Below, in pieces: positions 21,501-32,193 of a stretch of 64,000 nucleotides of DNA (positions within the stretch are counted from its first letter, which is position 1; the number at the start of each line of letters is the position of its first letter). A program made the translations under genes and the position numbers. Location: NCBI GenBank assembly GCA_000004985.1, contig GG738846.1. One strand, written 5' to 3'. The notes below the pieces were generated by a model. That model was not told where the DNA came from. It was given only the letters and a program-made list of their open reading frames with translations, and did no database searches. Origin of the DNA: Naegleria gruberi (taxonomy: Eukaryota).

Positions 21501-24500
21501 GATGATGATGGTTTGTTTAGAGTTAGTATAGACAATGAGAGTTTGTGTAGTTTTGGTGGGAAAACTATGAAATGATTAAAAACGGGGTTATACAACGTAT
21601 AGACCAATGTAGAGGTGTGTGGTGGTAGGTAGTTTTAGGGAAAAACCTGTAGCGAGATGAGAATGGCGGTTTAAAAAAACGAGCGCTGAAAAATACTATT
21701 AACTAGCTCTAGCTTATTGTTCATATAGTGAACGTATGTTGAGAGAATTTTTTTTTGTTGTTTTCGGTTGAGTGCAAAACAACGCTAATTTTAAATCTTT
21801 GCGTTGCGAAATCTCCTGCTGCTATGAAACAACGCCTCGCAACGTGTGTTGTTGTGTTTGTCGGTTGTTGTATCTTTGAATCTCGCATACAACTTTGCTT
21901 GGTGTTGATGTGAGTCATATTTGGGTCATGGATTCTCTTGCTCCTCTTTCGATAATTTGATAAGACGCAATTTTGAAGAGAATGTCCCAATGAGAGACAA
22001 ATCGTTGCCTAAAGATCAATGGCAAGTTATTATTAGCAGAGAAGAGTGACAAATTCAATGATGAACATCACATCCAGGAAGGAACATAAGAAAACTATTT
22101 TTGAGCTTCTAATTGTAATTTCGGAATGCACGGAAGACATGTACAGTTGTTGTCATTACCTCCTAAAACCATATTTCGATATTGAACATCAATCAACTTT
22201 ATTATACATCAATGATAGTTTAATTGATAAATACAATCATTCAACCTCAATTGTTGGAAGAGAGGTTTACATCATGATTGGTCAATCATTATTAGTTACA
22301 AAATTTACCTTATGATGATTTTGTAATACACCTTATCATGTTATTTACAATCTTCAAATTTTCGGTTGGAAGGTACCATTTCTTCCTTATACAATCAGCT
22401 GAAGGTAGATTTGGAGATTAATGCTTCGCGGTTGAGAGAGTTGTTCAAAATTACTAATAAGGAACTTTCAAATATACAATGCTACGAATGGGTTGATCAA
22501 GAACTAATAGCAGTTTTAGTAAAAAATTTGAATAGGTGAGAGAGAATATCACAACATTGACAGTGAAATCCAAAAGTTCCCTTTTGTTGATATTCAAACT
22601 ATAATGGGCGTGAAACAATTTATAACCATTGAAGTAGTTGGAGGAGAGGATTCAATCATGACTGAGATCACTCTTGAGAACAATGGAAAGGCCTCTATTG
22701 TTCATTCATGCTTATCTATAAATTAAGAATTGTGCTTATTTTGATCATTACGTTGTAAATGAATTACTACTATATTAAATATTGGTTAAAAACAGATGTT
22801 GAACTGCATAGAATAGAAGGGTGACTGTTGTAAGGAAGAATAATCGACTGTTTAGTAAACCTATCATTAAGGACATTCGAGTACAGTATTTTCCTGTAAA
22901 AATTGTTTTATTTCTTCTGGGATTGTTCACATTTGCATCTTACTTGTTGTGATTCTTATCCTTTGATGGTTTAAGAAGCATCAAAAGTTGTTTATCCCGT
23001 TCTTCTTGTTTCTTTTCCATTCTTCAAGATTCTTTGAAAGATTATTAACACTTTCAACAAACTTATCGATACCCGAAAGGATTAGGTTATTTTGTTTTAA
23101 CAATTCGAGTGCATCTATTGTTTCAATGCTCATCTGCAGACTTGGTGTGTTTGGTAACCTTATCACTTCCATATCTTCTTCATTCCCTGAATTACGAATT
23201 TTCTCCATCACTAACTCTTCTTTTAATTGAGAATCTTCCTGAGACGAATCAGTTTTAAGGAGAATTCTCTTGGATACGTCCCATTTATGAGGTCCTGATT
23301 CTTATGGTTGGGATTCTTTTTGGGAATCACTTTCTTCTTGTTTGGCAAATTGATTGGTTTCCACTATTTGAGAAACTGGAGTTATTACTTCATTGAAATG
23401 CTGTTCTTCTTTCATATCCCATTCATGTCGAGTGATTGTTTCATTCATACATTCAATCTTATCAACATCCTCAAGGATTGTAGTGTTAATTTGAGGTTCT
23501 CTTTCCTCTTGAGGTGGGGTTTTGGCCTCCACATCTTCATTCACTGATTTATGAATTTCCTCAATCACTGACTCTTCTTTTAATGTTGTTGCTATAGTTG
23601 TTGTTTCAAGTGCTTGTTTCTTCCATTTCTTTTGATTTCTTTGGTTTCTTCACAACATCCTCATCTCTGGAGAAGCTTAATAAAAAACTGTCAAGATTGA
23701 ACTTACATGTTTGCTCTTCCGCACTCATTTTCGAACAATTCTAATAGTTTCATGCATAGTTCACTCTTTTCCGTTTTGGTCATGCAAAGTAATTCAATAA
23801 GGTTCTGGGGATGTGTTGATACTATTCAATCAAGTTAAAGCACATCGTTGCGAACAAATCCTCATCTTTAATTTCCTTTCTCAAGTTACATTGTCCAAAG
23901 ACTTTAAAAAGGAGATTGGTATAAATCTTTGGTTTGTTTAATACTGCTTTGATTTCATGATAGCGTTGATTAATCTTCAAAAAGGAAACCGAAAGAGTTT
24001 GATTTTTCCATTCTTCCAAAAAGGAAGAAGAGACGCATTTCGATTAAAAAGTTCACAAGAATATCACAATCCTTCATTTCATCATTGGTGAAAATTCGAA
24101 TGTACTCTCTTGTTATTTTCTTCTTTTCTTTCAAGGTCAGAGTGTGGTTCCTTCACTTTCTTTGAGGTTGTTGTCGAGCATTTTTTTTAAGGCTTGTTGT
24201 GATTTTCAATTCGAGAGGGAAGAAGAAAAAGAATGGTTTAATGAGGTTCAAAATTATTGATACAATATCTGATCAGCTCTACTGATTGGGCTCTTCTATT
24301 TGTTAGTATGGATGGTAGTGGAAGAGTTATCTGTTTGGTTCAAATTTTACATAAGACCCAAGTAATGTCCCAGCAAAAATTGGAAATACTATTAATCCAT
24401 GATGTGATATTGATGTTAGAATGGTCCACTTTTGATGGTAGGCTAGGTCCAAATGTTACAATGAAGGCAGCACTAATCAAAGATAGTAGAAACGTGATTT

Positions 24501-24577
24501 CATGAGTAAAAAAAAATGCACTAGAGGTTTCTTCTTCTTGTTATTGACCTATTTTCTGCGATCACGTTTAAAAAAAA

Positions 24578-27400
24578 ATGTCAAAGCCTATTCGATTCAC
24601 ACAAACACGAAGATCTTTCATCACTTCCAACAACAACAATGATGACTGGCTTGCACCATTGCTTGCCCAAACAAACATGCCCGAAGGCAACTTTAAAAGA
24701 CCATTGGCAGTGGGTGGTACTTTTACGAATGGTGATAAAACATATAAAATCATAGAGATTTTTGTTGAAGGAGGTCAAGCAAAAACATTCAAATGTTTAG
24801 ACAGGTACAACAATATTGTGGTGGTAAAATTGCTTCCTTGTGAGAATGTGTTATCGTATGGAGATTGTATAGAATTCAACTTGTCACTTTCTAATGAAGC
24901 AAAGAGAACATTTTCACGATATATTATCTATCAGATGGATGGATTTACAGTAACAATCAATAATTCCGAAAATAATATTGATGAACAATATATTTGTGTT
25001 GTTACAGAGTATTGTAAAGAAGGCTATTTGAATGTTATAGGTCATTCTTTTGACATAACCATCTCACTTGTATTACAGTTTATTTTCCAGAGTGGAATAG
25101 GTTTAGATAAATTACATAATGTTGGTTTTGTTCACATGGATTTGAAACCAGAGAATTTATTCATAAGAGAATTCACACAACACAAGATTCTCTTGGTTGT
25201 TGGAGATTTAGGAATAGCCAGAAAGTTCCAAAACCAAGAAGAACAAGAAGATGGTGAGTACTACTGGGGTACCGAAGGCTACAGAGATCCAATTTATAGG
25301 AAATGTGGTACATTTTCTTCTTCATGTGATGTTTGGGGCATTGGTGTAACTTTTTTGGAGTTTATTTCAAAGAAAAGGATTAGTACTGATTTTGAGACAA
25401 TGTCAGAAATAGAGAGACACTGGTATATTGAATTATTATTTGCTGAAATATTATTAACCAAACCTAGAGAACAAGAAGAATGGTCTATCATCAAATATAT
25501 TGTTAAAGGAATGTTAACAGAAAACATTGACAAAAGATTAACCATTTTGGATATCTTTAGAACTATTTTTACAGAAGCAGTTAATGAAATAGATTTTGCA
25601 AGCAATTTCCAAAGATTGAAAGATGTTTTTAGAATGAATGAATCTGTGGTTATTTCATGTCTACATGAAAATGGTATGAATTTAAAATATGTTGATGATG
25701 GATATTTAGATAGAAGAGATATTATAGAAATAGCTGTCTCTCAAAATGGTCTCTCTTATGAATATATCAAATCAAATCACAATCAATTCATGTATGACAA
25801 AAAAATAATTCAAAAAGCTTACCAAAGTAACCCAGCTGTTCTTAAGTTCATTCCAGAACATTTCCACAATACTGAATATTTGGGAAATGATATGCGACTA
25901 AAAAATTCAGACAATCAAAGTATTAGCATAATTGATAGTAATGATATAAGTATCATGATGCACAAAGTTAAAATAGATGGAATGTACTTAATTTCAGCTT
26001 CAAGTGAATTAAGAAATACCTATGAACTTGTTAAGGAAAGTGTTAAATCTAGAGGGATATCATTACAATATGCCTCTGATGATCTTAAAAAGAAGTACGA
26101 AATTTGCGACATTGCTATTTCTCAGAATGGGTTGGCTTTGGAGTTTGTTGATGAAAGTATAATAGATGACAATTTGGTGCTTAAGGCTGTGAAAAATAAT
26201 GGGATGGCGTTACAGTTTGTATCTGATATTTGGAAAACCGAAGAAATTGCCCGAACCGCCATTCGTTCCAAGGGAAAAGCTATTCAGTTCATACCAAAAG
26301 ATTTGTTAGATCAATATGCAGTGATTTTATTTAATGAAAATCTCGAAAGCATGTTCGTATGTTTGTTTGTGCAAGGATGGGAATATGTTGAAAAGTGTAT
26401 TCGAAATTATGGCGGTAAGGTAGACTATTTAGAAGGTATATTACTAAGCAAATCAGAACTGAGTACCATTGTATTAGCTAGTGAACAAGGTGATTCAAAT
26501 GCACAATTTAATCTTGCAGTTATGTATGAAAATGGTGAAGGAATATTACAAGATTATTCAAAAGCATTTGAATGGTTTTTAAAAAGTGCTGAACAAGGTG
26601 ATTCAAATGCACAATTTAATCTTGCAGTTATGTATGAAAATGGTGAAGGAATAGTACAAGATTATTCAAAAGCATTTGAATGGTTTTTAAAAAGTGCTGA
26701 ACAAGGTTATTCAAATGCACAATTTAATCTTGCATTGATGTATGATAATGGTATTGGAATATTACAAGATTATTCAAAAGCATTTGAATGGTATTTAAAA
26801 AGTGCTAAACAAGGTGATTCAAGAGCACAATTTAATCTTGCATTGATGTATGAAAATGGCAAAGGAGTAGAACAAGATTATTCAAAAGCATTTGAATGGT
26901 TTTTAAAAAGTGCTAAACAAGGTGATTCAAATGCACAATTTAATCTTGCATTGATGTATGAAAATGGCATTGGAATATTACAAGATTATTCAAAAGCATT
27001 TGAATGGTATTTAAAAAGTGCTGGACAAGGTTATTCAAGAGCACAATTTAATCTTGCATTGATGTATGAAAATGGTATTGGAATATTACAAGATTATTCA
27101 AAAGCATTTGAATGGTATTTAAAAAGTGCTGAACAAGGTTATTCAAATGCACAATTTAATCTTGCATTGATGTATGAAAATGGTGAAGGAATATTACAAG
27201 ATTATTCAAAAGCATTTGAATGGTATTTAAAAAGTGCTGAACAAGGTGATTCAAGAGCACAATTTAAGCTTGCAGTTATGTATTATAATGGTGAAGGAAT
27301 ATTACAAGATTATTCAAAAGCATTTGAATGGTTTTTAAAAAGTGCTGAACAAGGTAATTCAAGTGCACAATTCAAAATTAAGGCTTTAAAGATGGAATAA
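24578..27400 (+). CDS. Ser/Thr protein kinase fused to DUF4116-like repeats and a C-terminal Sel1-repeat array
   Basis: Kinase subdomains: HMDLKPENLF, VGDLGIA(DFG variant), GTEGYRDP, DVWGIGV. Middle has repeated ...NG(L/M)xL(E/Q)(F/Y)(V/I)... modules typical of DUF4116. The C-terminus has 8.5 Sel1 repeats (AQFNLA.MYENG.GI.QDYSKAFEW.LKSAEQG). Confidence 0.8.
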   Translation: MSKPIRFTQTRRSFITSNNNNDDWLAPLLAQTNMPEGNFKRPLAVGGTFTNGDKTYKIIEIFVEGGQAKTFKCLDRYNNIVVVKLLPCENVLSYGDCIEFNLSLSNEAKRTFSRYIIYQMDGFTVTINNSENNIDEQYICVVTEYCKEGYLNVIGHSFDITISLVLQFIFQSGIGLDKLHNVGFVHMDLKPENLFIREFTQHKILLVVGDLGIARKFQNQEEQEDGEYYWGTEGYRDPIYRKCGTFSSSCDVWGIGVTFLEFISKKRISTDFETMSEIERHWYIELLFAEILLTKPREQEEWSIIKYIVKGMLTENIDKRLTILDIFRTIFTEAVNEIDFASNFQRLKDVFRMNESVVISCLHENGMNLKYVDDGYLDRRDIIEIAVSQNGLSYEYIKSNHNQFMYDKKIIQKAYQSNPAVLKFIPEHFHNTEYLGNDMRLKNSDNQSISIIDSNDISIMMHKVKIDGMYLISASSELRNTYELVKESVKSRGISLQYASDDLKKKYEICDIAISQNGLALEFVDESIIDDNLVLKAVKNNGMALQFVSDIWKTEEIARTAIRSKGKAIQFIPKDLLDQYAVILFNENLESMFVCLFVQGWEYVEKCIRNYGGKVDYLEGILLSKSELSTIVLASEQGDSNAQFNLAVMYENGEGILQDYSKAFEWFLKSAEQGDSNAQFNLAVMYENGEGIVQDYSKAFEWFLKSAEQGYSNAQFNLALMYDNGIGILQDYSKAFEWYLKSAKQGDSRAQFNLALMYENGKGVEQDYSKAFEWFLKSAKQGDSNAQFNLALMYENGIGILQDYSKAFEWYLKSAGQGYSRAQFNLALMYENGIGILQDYSKAFEWYLKSAEQGYSNAQFNLALMYENGEGILQDYSKAFEWYLKSAEQGDSRAQFKLAVMYYNGEGILQDYSKAFEWFLKSAEQGNSSAQFKIKALKME
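26478..27400 (+). repeat. coding tandem repeat, 108-bp unit x ~8.5, >90% identical (Sel1 repeats)
   Basis: GAACAAGGTGATTCAAATGCACAATTTAATCTTGC recurs at 26484, 26592 and onward with period 108 bp. Confidence 0.9.
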
Positions 27401-27448
27401 CATAAAATCCGTTAACCATTTAATTTTTCACCATGTTTGTTTTATTAT

Positions 27449-30400
27449 TTAAATAAAGAATGGATTGTATGGATTTTGTAATAAATTTGGCAAGTTTTCA
27501 GATTGTGCTTTGAGAATTAAATTTGATAAGTAATTGTAATATTCACTTGGGAATGATTGGCTCAATTGTTTCATTAGGTATTTACTGGTATAGTAGAGAA
27601 TGGTTGGGTTGAATTTCTCTTGTTGTAATAAATTCTTGAAAAAGGTAATTCCACCAATAGATTCCAATACATTAACAGACTTGTTACATTTTTCAATTAT
27701 TAAAATTAGTAATACAGAACAAATAGATGACAATTGGCTTGATTGTTGTTGATTTGAATGCAAACTTTCGAATAAATAGTACAATATACTAATACTGATA
27801 TCTTTCAATAAATAAAAAGGTATTGTCAAGTATCCATTCAAAAACATTTCACACATATCCAAATTAAATAATTCATTAGATGATTTCAATGAAGACTGAA
27901 GAGAATTAACAATGGAAATAAAATCAAACACAATATAAAATGATTTGATGAGAATGTGTAAATTAGTCTCTTTTCTGTTAACAATACATTCTAATAGAGA
28001 TTCATTAATATTCTTAATCATAATCTTGACTAGATCGCCATGTGTTGTACATTTTGATTTGAATAATTGAATCTTCTTTTCCAATAAATTCAAATAGAGA
28101 ATTCTTACTTTAGGATTTTCATGATTAATCATATCTGTCATTAATTGATTAAGTTTCAATTTCAAATCTTGATAATATTTTGGTGTAAGATTATCATAAT
28201 CTTCAAAGAATTTGATAAAATTGAATAATACCAATTCACCTTGTCTTAAATCATCATCACTTTCCATAAATGTTGATGATGAATTAGTTGTTGTTGAATT
28301 TACACTACTACTAGCCCCATTAAAGGAACTATTGAGACCACTACCAGTAGTAGCATTGCCACCGCCACCACCAATACCAGAACCACTCATGTTTGGTCCA
28401 TTGGAAGTAGTATTAGTAGCACCTGTACAATTAAAGATTAAATCTTTAATAATTTTTTCAAATAAATTAATATTACTCATGTTCATATTATTTAAAATAT
28501 TTGTTGTGTAATTTTTAAATTCAGAGTTCAAGTATTTACAAGATAATTTTTGTAATCCAATAATAAACTTCATTAAATTATCAATTTTGAAAAAGAATGT
28601 TTCGGATTTTACAAAGTTGGTGTATAAGAATTTTGTGAATAATTTTACAAAAGTATAATGTTTGTCAACGTTTGGAATAAATTTGAATAGTAAATGTAAA
28701 TATAAAGGTAAATTTGATTGATCAAATATTAAAAATAAATAATCTTTTTGGAATGACTCCATATCTGGTAATTCCAAATTAATGATATAATCAAATATGA
28801 TTAAAAATAAATTATACTTGCTATTTAAATTTAACAAGTGATTATATTCTGTATAAAGTTGAATAATGGAATATATTGAGTTTGGTAATTTTTTAAGCAA
28901 ATTATTTTGATGATTAATTTGAAATGTTAATAGAGAAATTAAAATATCATAACAATTATATTCCTCATTAAAATTACTCAGATTAAATAAAATCAAATCG
29001 AATACAATTCGAACATCCAATTGATCAATTAATAATTGAGGATTTAACTCAATTATAATGTTATTATTCAAATTAATATTTGTGTTATAAATAATAAAAT
29101 GATGATACAGGAAATAAATTAAAATCTCACTAATCTTGGTCTTGATAAATGAATCGTTATGGTTCATTGTAAAATAAACCAGCGACATGTCGCAAAACTT
29201 GGAAAACAAATCAGAAATTACAAATTCAATATTTGGAATATTCTGATAGAGATTGAATAAATTAGTAACATAATAATAAATATTGAATATCAGTTTGAAA
29301 ACATAATAAATATTGGTATTATCATTGGTATCTAACATTTCCAAAAAGAAACTATTCAATTGCTTCATAGTTAATTTAGATTGATCATTTCCATAAATAG
29401 TGTGTGAAATCATTACTGTAAAGAATAGGCAGGCATCATTTAACTTGATTTCATCGCCATTAGAATTTATAATTTGATTCAAAATAGTATTGAACTGATC
29501 ATAATTTTCAATAATAGATTGAATATACAAGTCATTGTTATTCTTGTATTCATAATATTGTTCAATGTATTGTGATAGATTTGGAAGCAAAATTTCATCA
29601 ATATTATTCAAAACAAATTCTTCATGTTGAATTTCACTCTTGATACTTTGAATTTGGTGTTTAATAGTATCCATATTTTCAATATTTAAAATCTTGTTAC
29701 TTTTATCAATTTCTGCTTGTTTATCTTCAAATTTAGTAAATTTTCTAAATTGACTTCCAAAATAGATGAAATCCATGATAGTTTGATCAATTTCATTCTT
29801 TGAATCACCTCCAATGGATGCACCTCCTAATGATGTGAATGATGATGATTTTTCATTTAATGAGTAGTTATTATTTAATACATCATTATTTAATAATCTA
29901 TTCTTGTATAAATAATATTCAAAAACTCTTGAAGTTAATCCTGAAATTCTCTTATCATAATTTAACATGTTTAATATGAGAGTTTGATTTTTCTGTAAAA
30001 TTTTAATTAAATGCCTATGTAAATATTTAATACAGAATTGTAATTGTGTTTGTAAATTGGCATTTAAATGTTTTTTTGATAAGCCATCTTTACAATAGTA
30101 ATAAATATTTTTATATTGATCCAATAATGAATCATCCCTCTTGAATGTTGTAAGAAAGGTCTTTAATAAATATAAACAAATTAATAAAATTGATACAGAA
30201 TCTTCATTCTCTTGCATTCTTTTCAAAATCTCCTTATAAATGTAAACTTTACTGTTTTTATCATTGTGATATTTGAAAAGTAATTTGAGTGAATATGAAT
30301 TTTTAAAGTAAATATTACTATGTTTCGTATTGTTATTGTTATTCAATGCATTATCATATAAAACATATTCATTATTCAATAATTGACTATTATTACTTAT

Positions 30401-31336
30401 TAGAGTACTAGCACTTCCAATAAATGATTGAAATGTATTTAAATTTCCACTATATGAATTAATAGAAGTTGAATTATTTCCTCCAATAAAACTTCCACCA
30501 AGTGTCGTATTACTTGTCAAATTTGATGAGCTCGAATCAGAGCCACTCATCGATGTTAAGTGATTATAAATAATATTCATTGATGAATGATGTTGATTAT
30601 TGAGAACAATATTATCCTTTTTAATTATACTTGTCAATTCCTCAACTAGATCATGAATTATATTTTGAATGAATAAACTTTTAGGAGCATTCTTTGTTTG
30701 ATCCTTTACATAGGTAAGTGATGATCTCAAATTATTGGAAGTATGAGTAATGCCATTCAGGAAGGTTGGATCCATCATGAGTAACATGATATCATCGGAA
30801 TCTCCTCCATTTGCAGAGGAAGTAGGTGCACTTCCTCCACTCAAATAATTATTACTTGGAGTACCAGCAGATGATGTAAAATTGAGACTATTTCTTGGAG
30901 TGGTCACAGAGGAAGGTGATGAGAATAGATTTGTTGTAGGTGATCCAAAGTTGGTTGATGATGTAATCACTCGAGGAGATTGATTTGCATTATTATTAGT
31001 ATTGGAAGGTGAATTGAATTTTGTATATTGTATTGGAGAATTGGGTTGTTGGAAGGGAATTGAGGAGGCTGTTCGGTGGTGTAAATAGTGTTGCATCTCA
31101 TTGTAGCCTGAGAGTGATCCATTCTCAAAGGAGTGTCTTCGGTTAGGATCATTGTGATGACTATTTAAATATTGTGATGAGGAAGCTGCAGTTGAGGATG
31201 GAGGTGGTGGTGCATTTTGAGTTGATGTTGGTTGGCCATTATTTGTAGTGGGTGTTCCAAAAGCAACACTCGAATGAGTAGAGGCAGATGAAGAGGATGG
31301 TGTGCCAACAAGTCCTCCTTGTGGATGATGAGACAT
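27449..31336 (-). CDS. hypothetical large Asn/Ser-rich low-complexity protein (1295 aa)
   Basis: Genuine ATG (31334-31336). Uninterrupted 3.9-kb ORF with poly-N/S/T/G tracts. Non-repetitive Leu/Ile/Tyr-rich C-terminal ~800 aa may be helical-repeat. No family assigned. Confidence 0.55.
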   Translation of the reverse strand: MSHHPQGGLVGTPSSSSASTHSSVAFGTPTTNNGQPTSTQNAPPPPSSTAASSSQYLNSHHNDPNRRHSFENGSLSGYNEMQHYLHHRTASSIPFQQPNSPIQYTKFNSPSNTNNNANQSPRVITSSTNFGSPTTNLFSSPSSVTTPRNSLNFTSSAGTPSNNYLSGGSAPTSSANGGDSDDIMLLMMDPTFLNGITHTSNNLRSSLTYVKDQTKNAPKSLFIQNIIHDLVEELTSIIKKDNIVLNNQHHSSMNIIYNHLTSMSGSDSSSSNLTSNTTLGGSFIGGNNSTSINSYSGNLNTFQSFIGSASTLISNNSQLLNNEYVLYDNALNNNNNTKHSNIYFKNSYSLKLLFKYHNDKNSKVYIYKEILKRMQENEDSVSILLICLYLLKTFLTTFKRDDSLLDQYKNIYYYCKDGLSKKHLNANLQTQLQFCIKYLHRHLIKILQKNQTLILNMLNYDKRISGLTSRVFEYYLYKNRLLNNDVLNNNYSLNEKSSSFTSLGGASIGGDSKNEIDQTIMDFIYFGSQFRKFTKFEDKQAEIDKSNKILNIENMDTIKHQIQSIKSEIQHEEFVLNNIDEILLPNLSQYIEQYYEYKNNNDLYIQSIIENYDQFNTILNQIINSNGDEIKLNDACLFFTVMISHTIYGNDQSKLTMKQLNSFFLEMLDTNDNTNIYYVFKLIFNIYYYVTNLFNLYQNIPNIEFVISDLFSKFCDMSLVYFTMNHNDSFIKTKISEILIYFLYHHFIIYNTNINLNNNIIIELNPQLLIDQLDVRIVFDLILFNLSNFNEEYNCYDILISLLTFQINHQNNLLKKLPNSIYSIIQLYTEYNHLLNLNSKYNLFLIIFDYIINLELPDMESFQKDYLFLIFDQSNLPLYLHLLFKFIPNVDKHYTFVKLFTKFLYTNFVKSETFFFKIDNLMKFIIGLQKLSCKYLNSEFKNYTTNILNNMNMSNINLFEKIIKDLIFNCTGATNTTSNGPNMSGSGIGGGGGNATTGSGLNSSFNGASSSVNSTTTNSSSTFMESDDDLRQGELVLFNFIKFFEDYDNLTPKYYQDLKLKLNQLMTDMINHENPKVRILYLNLLEKKIQLFKSKCTTHGDLVKIMIKNINESLLECIVNRKETNLHILIKSFYIVFDFISIVNSLQSSLKSSNELFNLDMCEMFLNGYLTIPFYLLKDISISILYYLFESLHSNQQQSSQLSSICSVLLILIIEKCNKSVNVLESIGGITFFKNLLQQEKFNPTILYYTSKYLMKQLSQSFPSEYYNYLSNLILKAQSENLPNLLQNPYNPFFI

Positions 31337-31671
31337 TTTTTGGTGACTTTTGAAAGAAGATGGTATATAATAATAGTATTACATGTCTCTCTAGTTATTA
31401 ACAAACTCTTGCAAATATATTGTTGATGAAAATTGATAATAATAACGAGCAAGAAGAATTACAAATTAATTATAAATATTTTAAATTATTATTATATTTA
31501 GGAGTGGAAGAGTGTGTTGTGTGTTGTGGGAAGTTTTGGGAAGTAATAATTGGGAGGGAGAATGAATTTAAATCTGATGATGATGAAATTATGTGAGAAA
31601 ATTATCCACAAACACGAATATTTAAAACACAATCATCATCATTGTCATCATTATATTATCTGGGAGGAAAT

Positions 31672-31956
31672 TTAGAAAGACTGAGCAGCAGCGGATTCCA
31701 TTTCAATCTTTTCAAATTCAGAAACAATAATATTTTGCAATTGCATGCCAAGGTATCTATCAGATTGCTCCAACATCTTCTTAAGTTCGTAATATTCTGG
31801 ATTAATTGGTTCAGCAGCGGAATAAATAATATAGGCAATAGCAGCCCATTCAGCTAAATGTTTAAGAGATTCCCAATTCTTTTCAACTTTCTTGGTGTTT
31901 GGACCAAAGAATTCACGATAAACAAAGTTAGTGATAGGTTTTAATGGATTGAACAT
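31672..31956 (-). CDS. hypothetical small protein (94 aa)
   Basis: Start moved to first ATG (MFNPLKP...). Compact ORF between two large genes with an amphipathic/hydrophobic central segment. No family recognised. Confidence 0.35.
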   Translation of the reverse strand: MFNPLKPITNFVYREFFGPNTKKVEKNWESLKHLAEWAAIAYIIYSAAEPINPEYYELKKMLEQSDRYLGMQLQNIIVSEFEKIEMESAAAQSF

Positions 31957-32193
31957 TTTTTTCAATTCAATCAACAATAATTTTTTAAAAAGATTGAATT
32001 TGATTGGGTAACTAGGAAGAAGAGAGGCTTTGCTGCATCAAATATTTAATTCATGTGATGAAGTACAATTAATAATAAATTGATAGTTGTTTAATCAATT
32101 CGGAATGTAATTGATAATGAGAGGAAAATTTAAACATCATGATGCAATGTTTCTTTTTCAAATTACGTTAAAACTCACACCATGTGATTTATT

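Noticed and set aside
26478-27400. Regular 108-bp direct repeats that could superficially suggest a CRISPR-like or satellite array
   Set aside because: The repeats are in-frame coding Sel1 units of a eukaryotic kinase gene. There are no unique spacers, and the context is eukaryotic.
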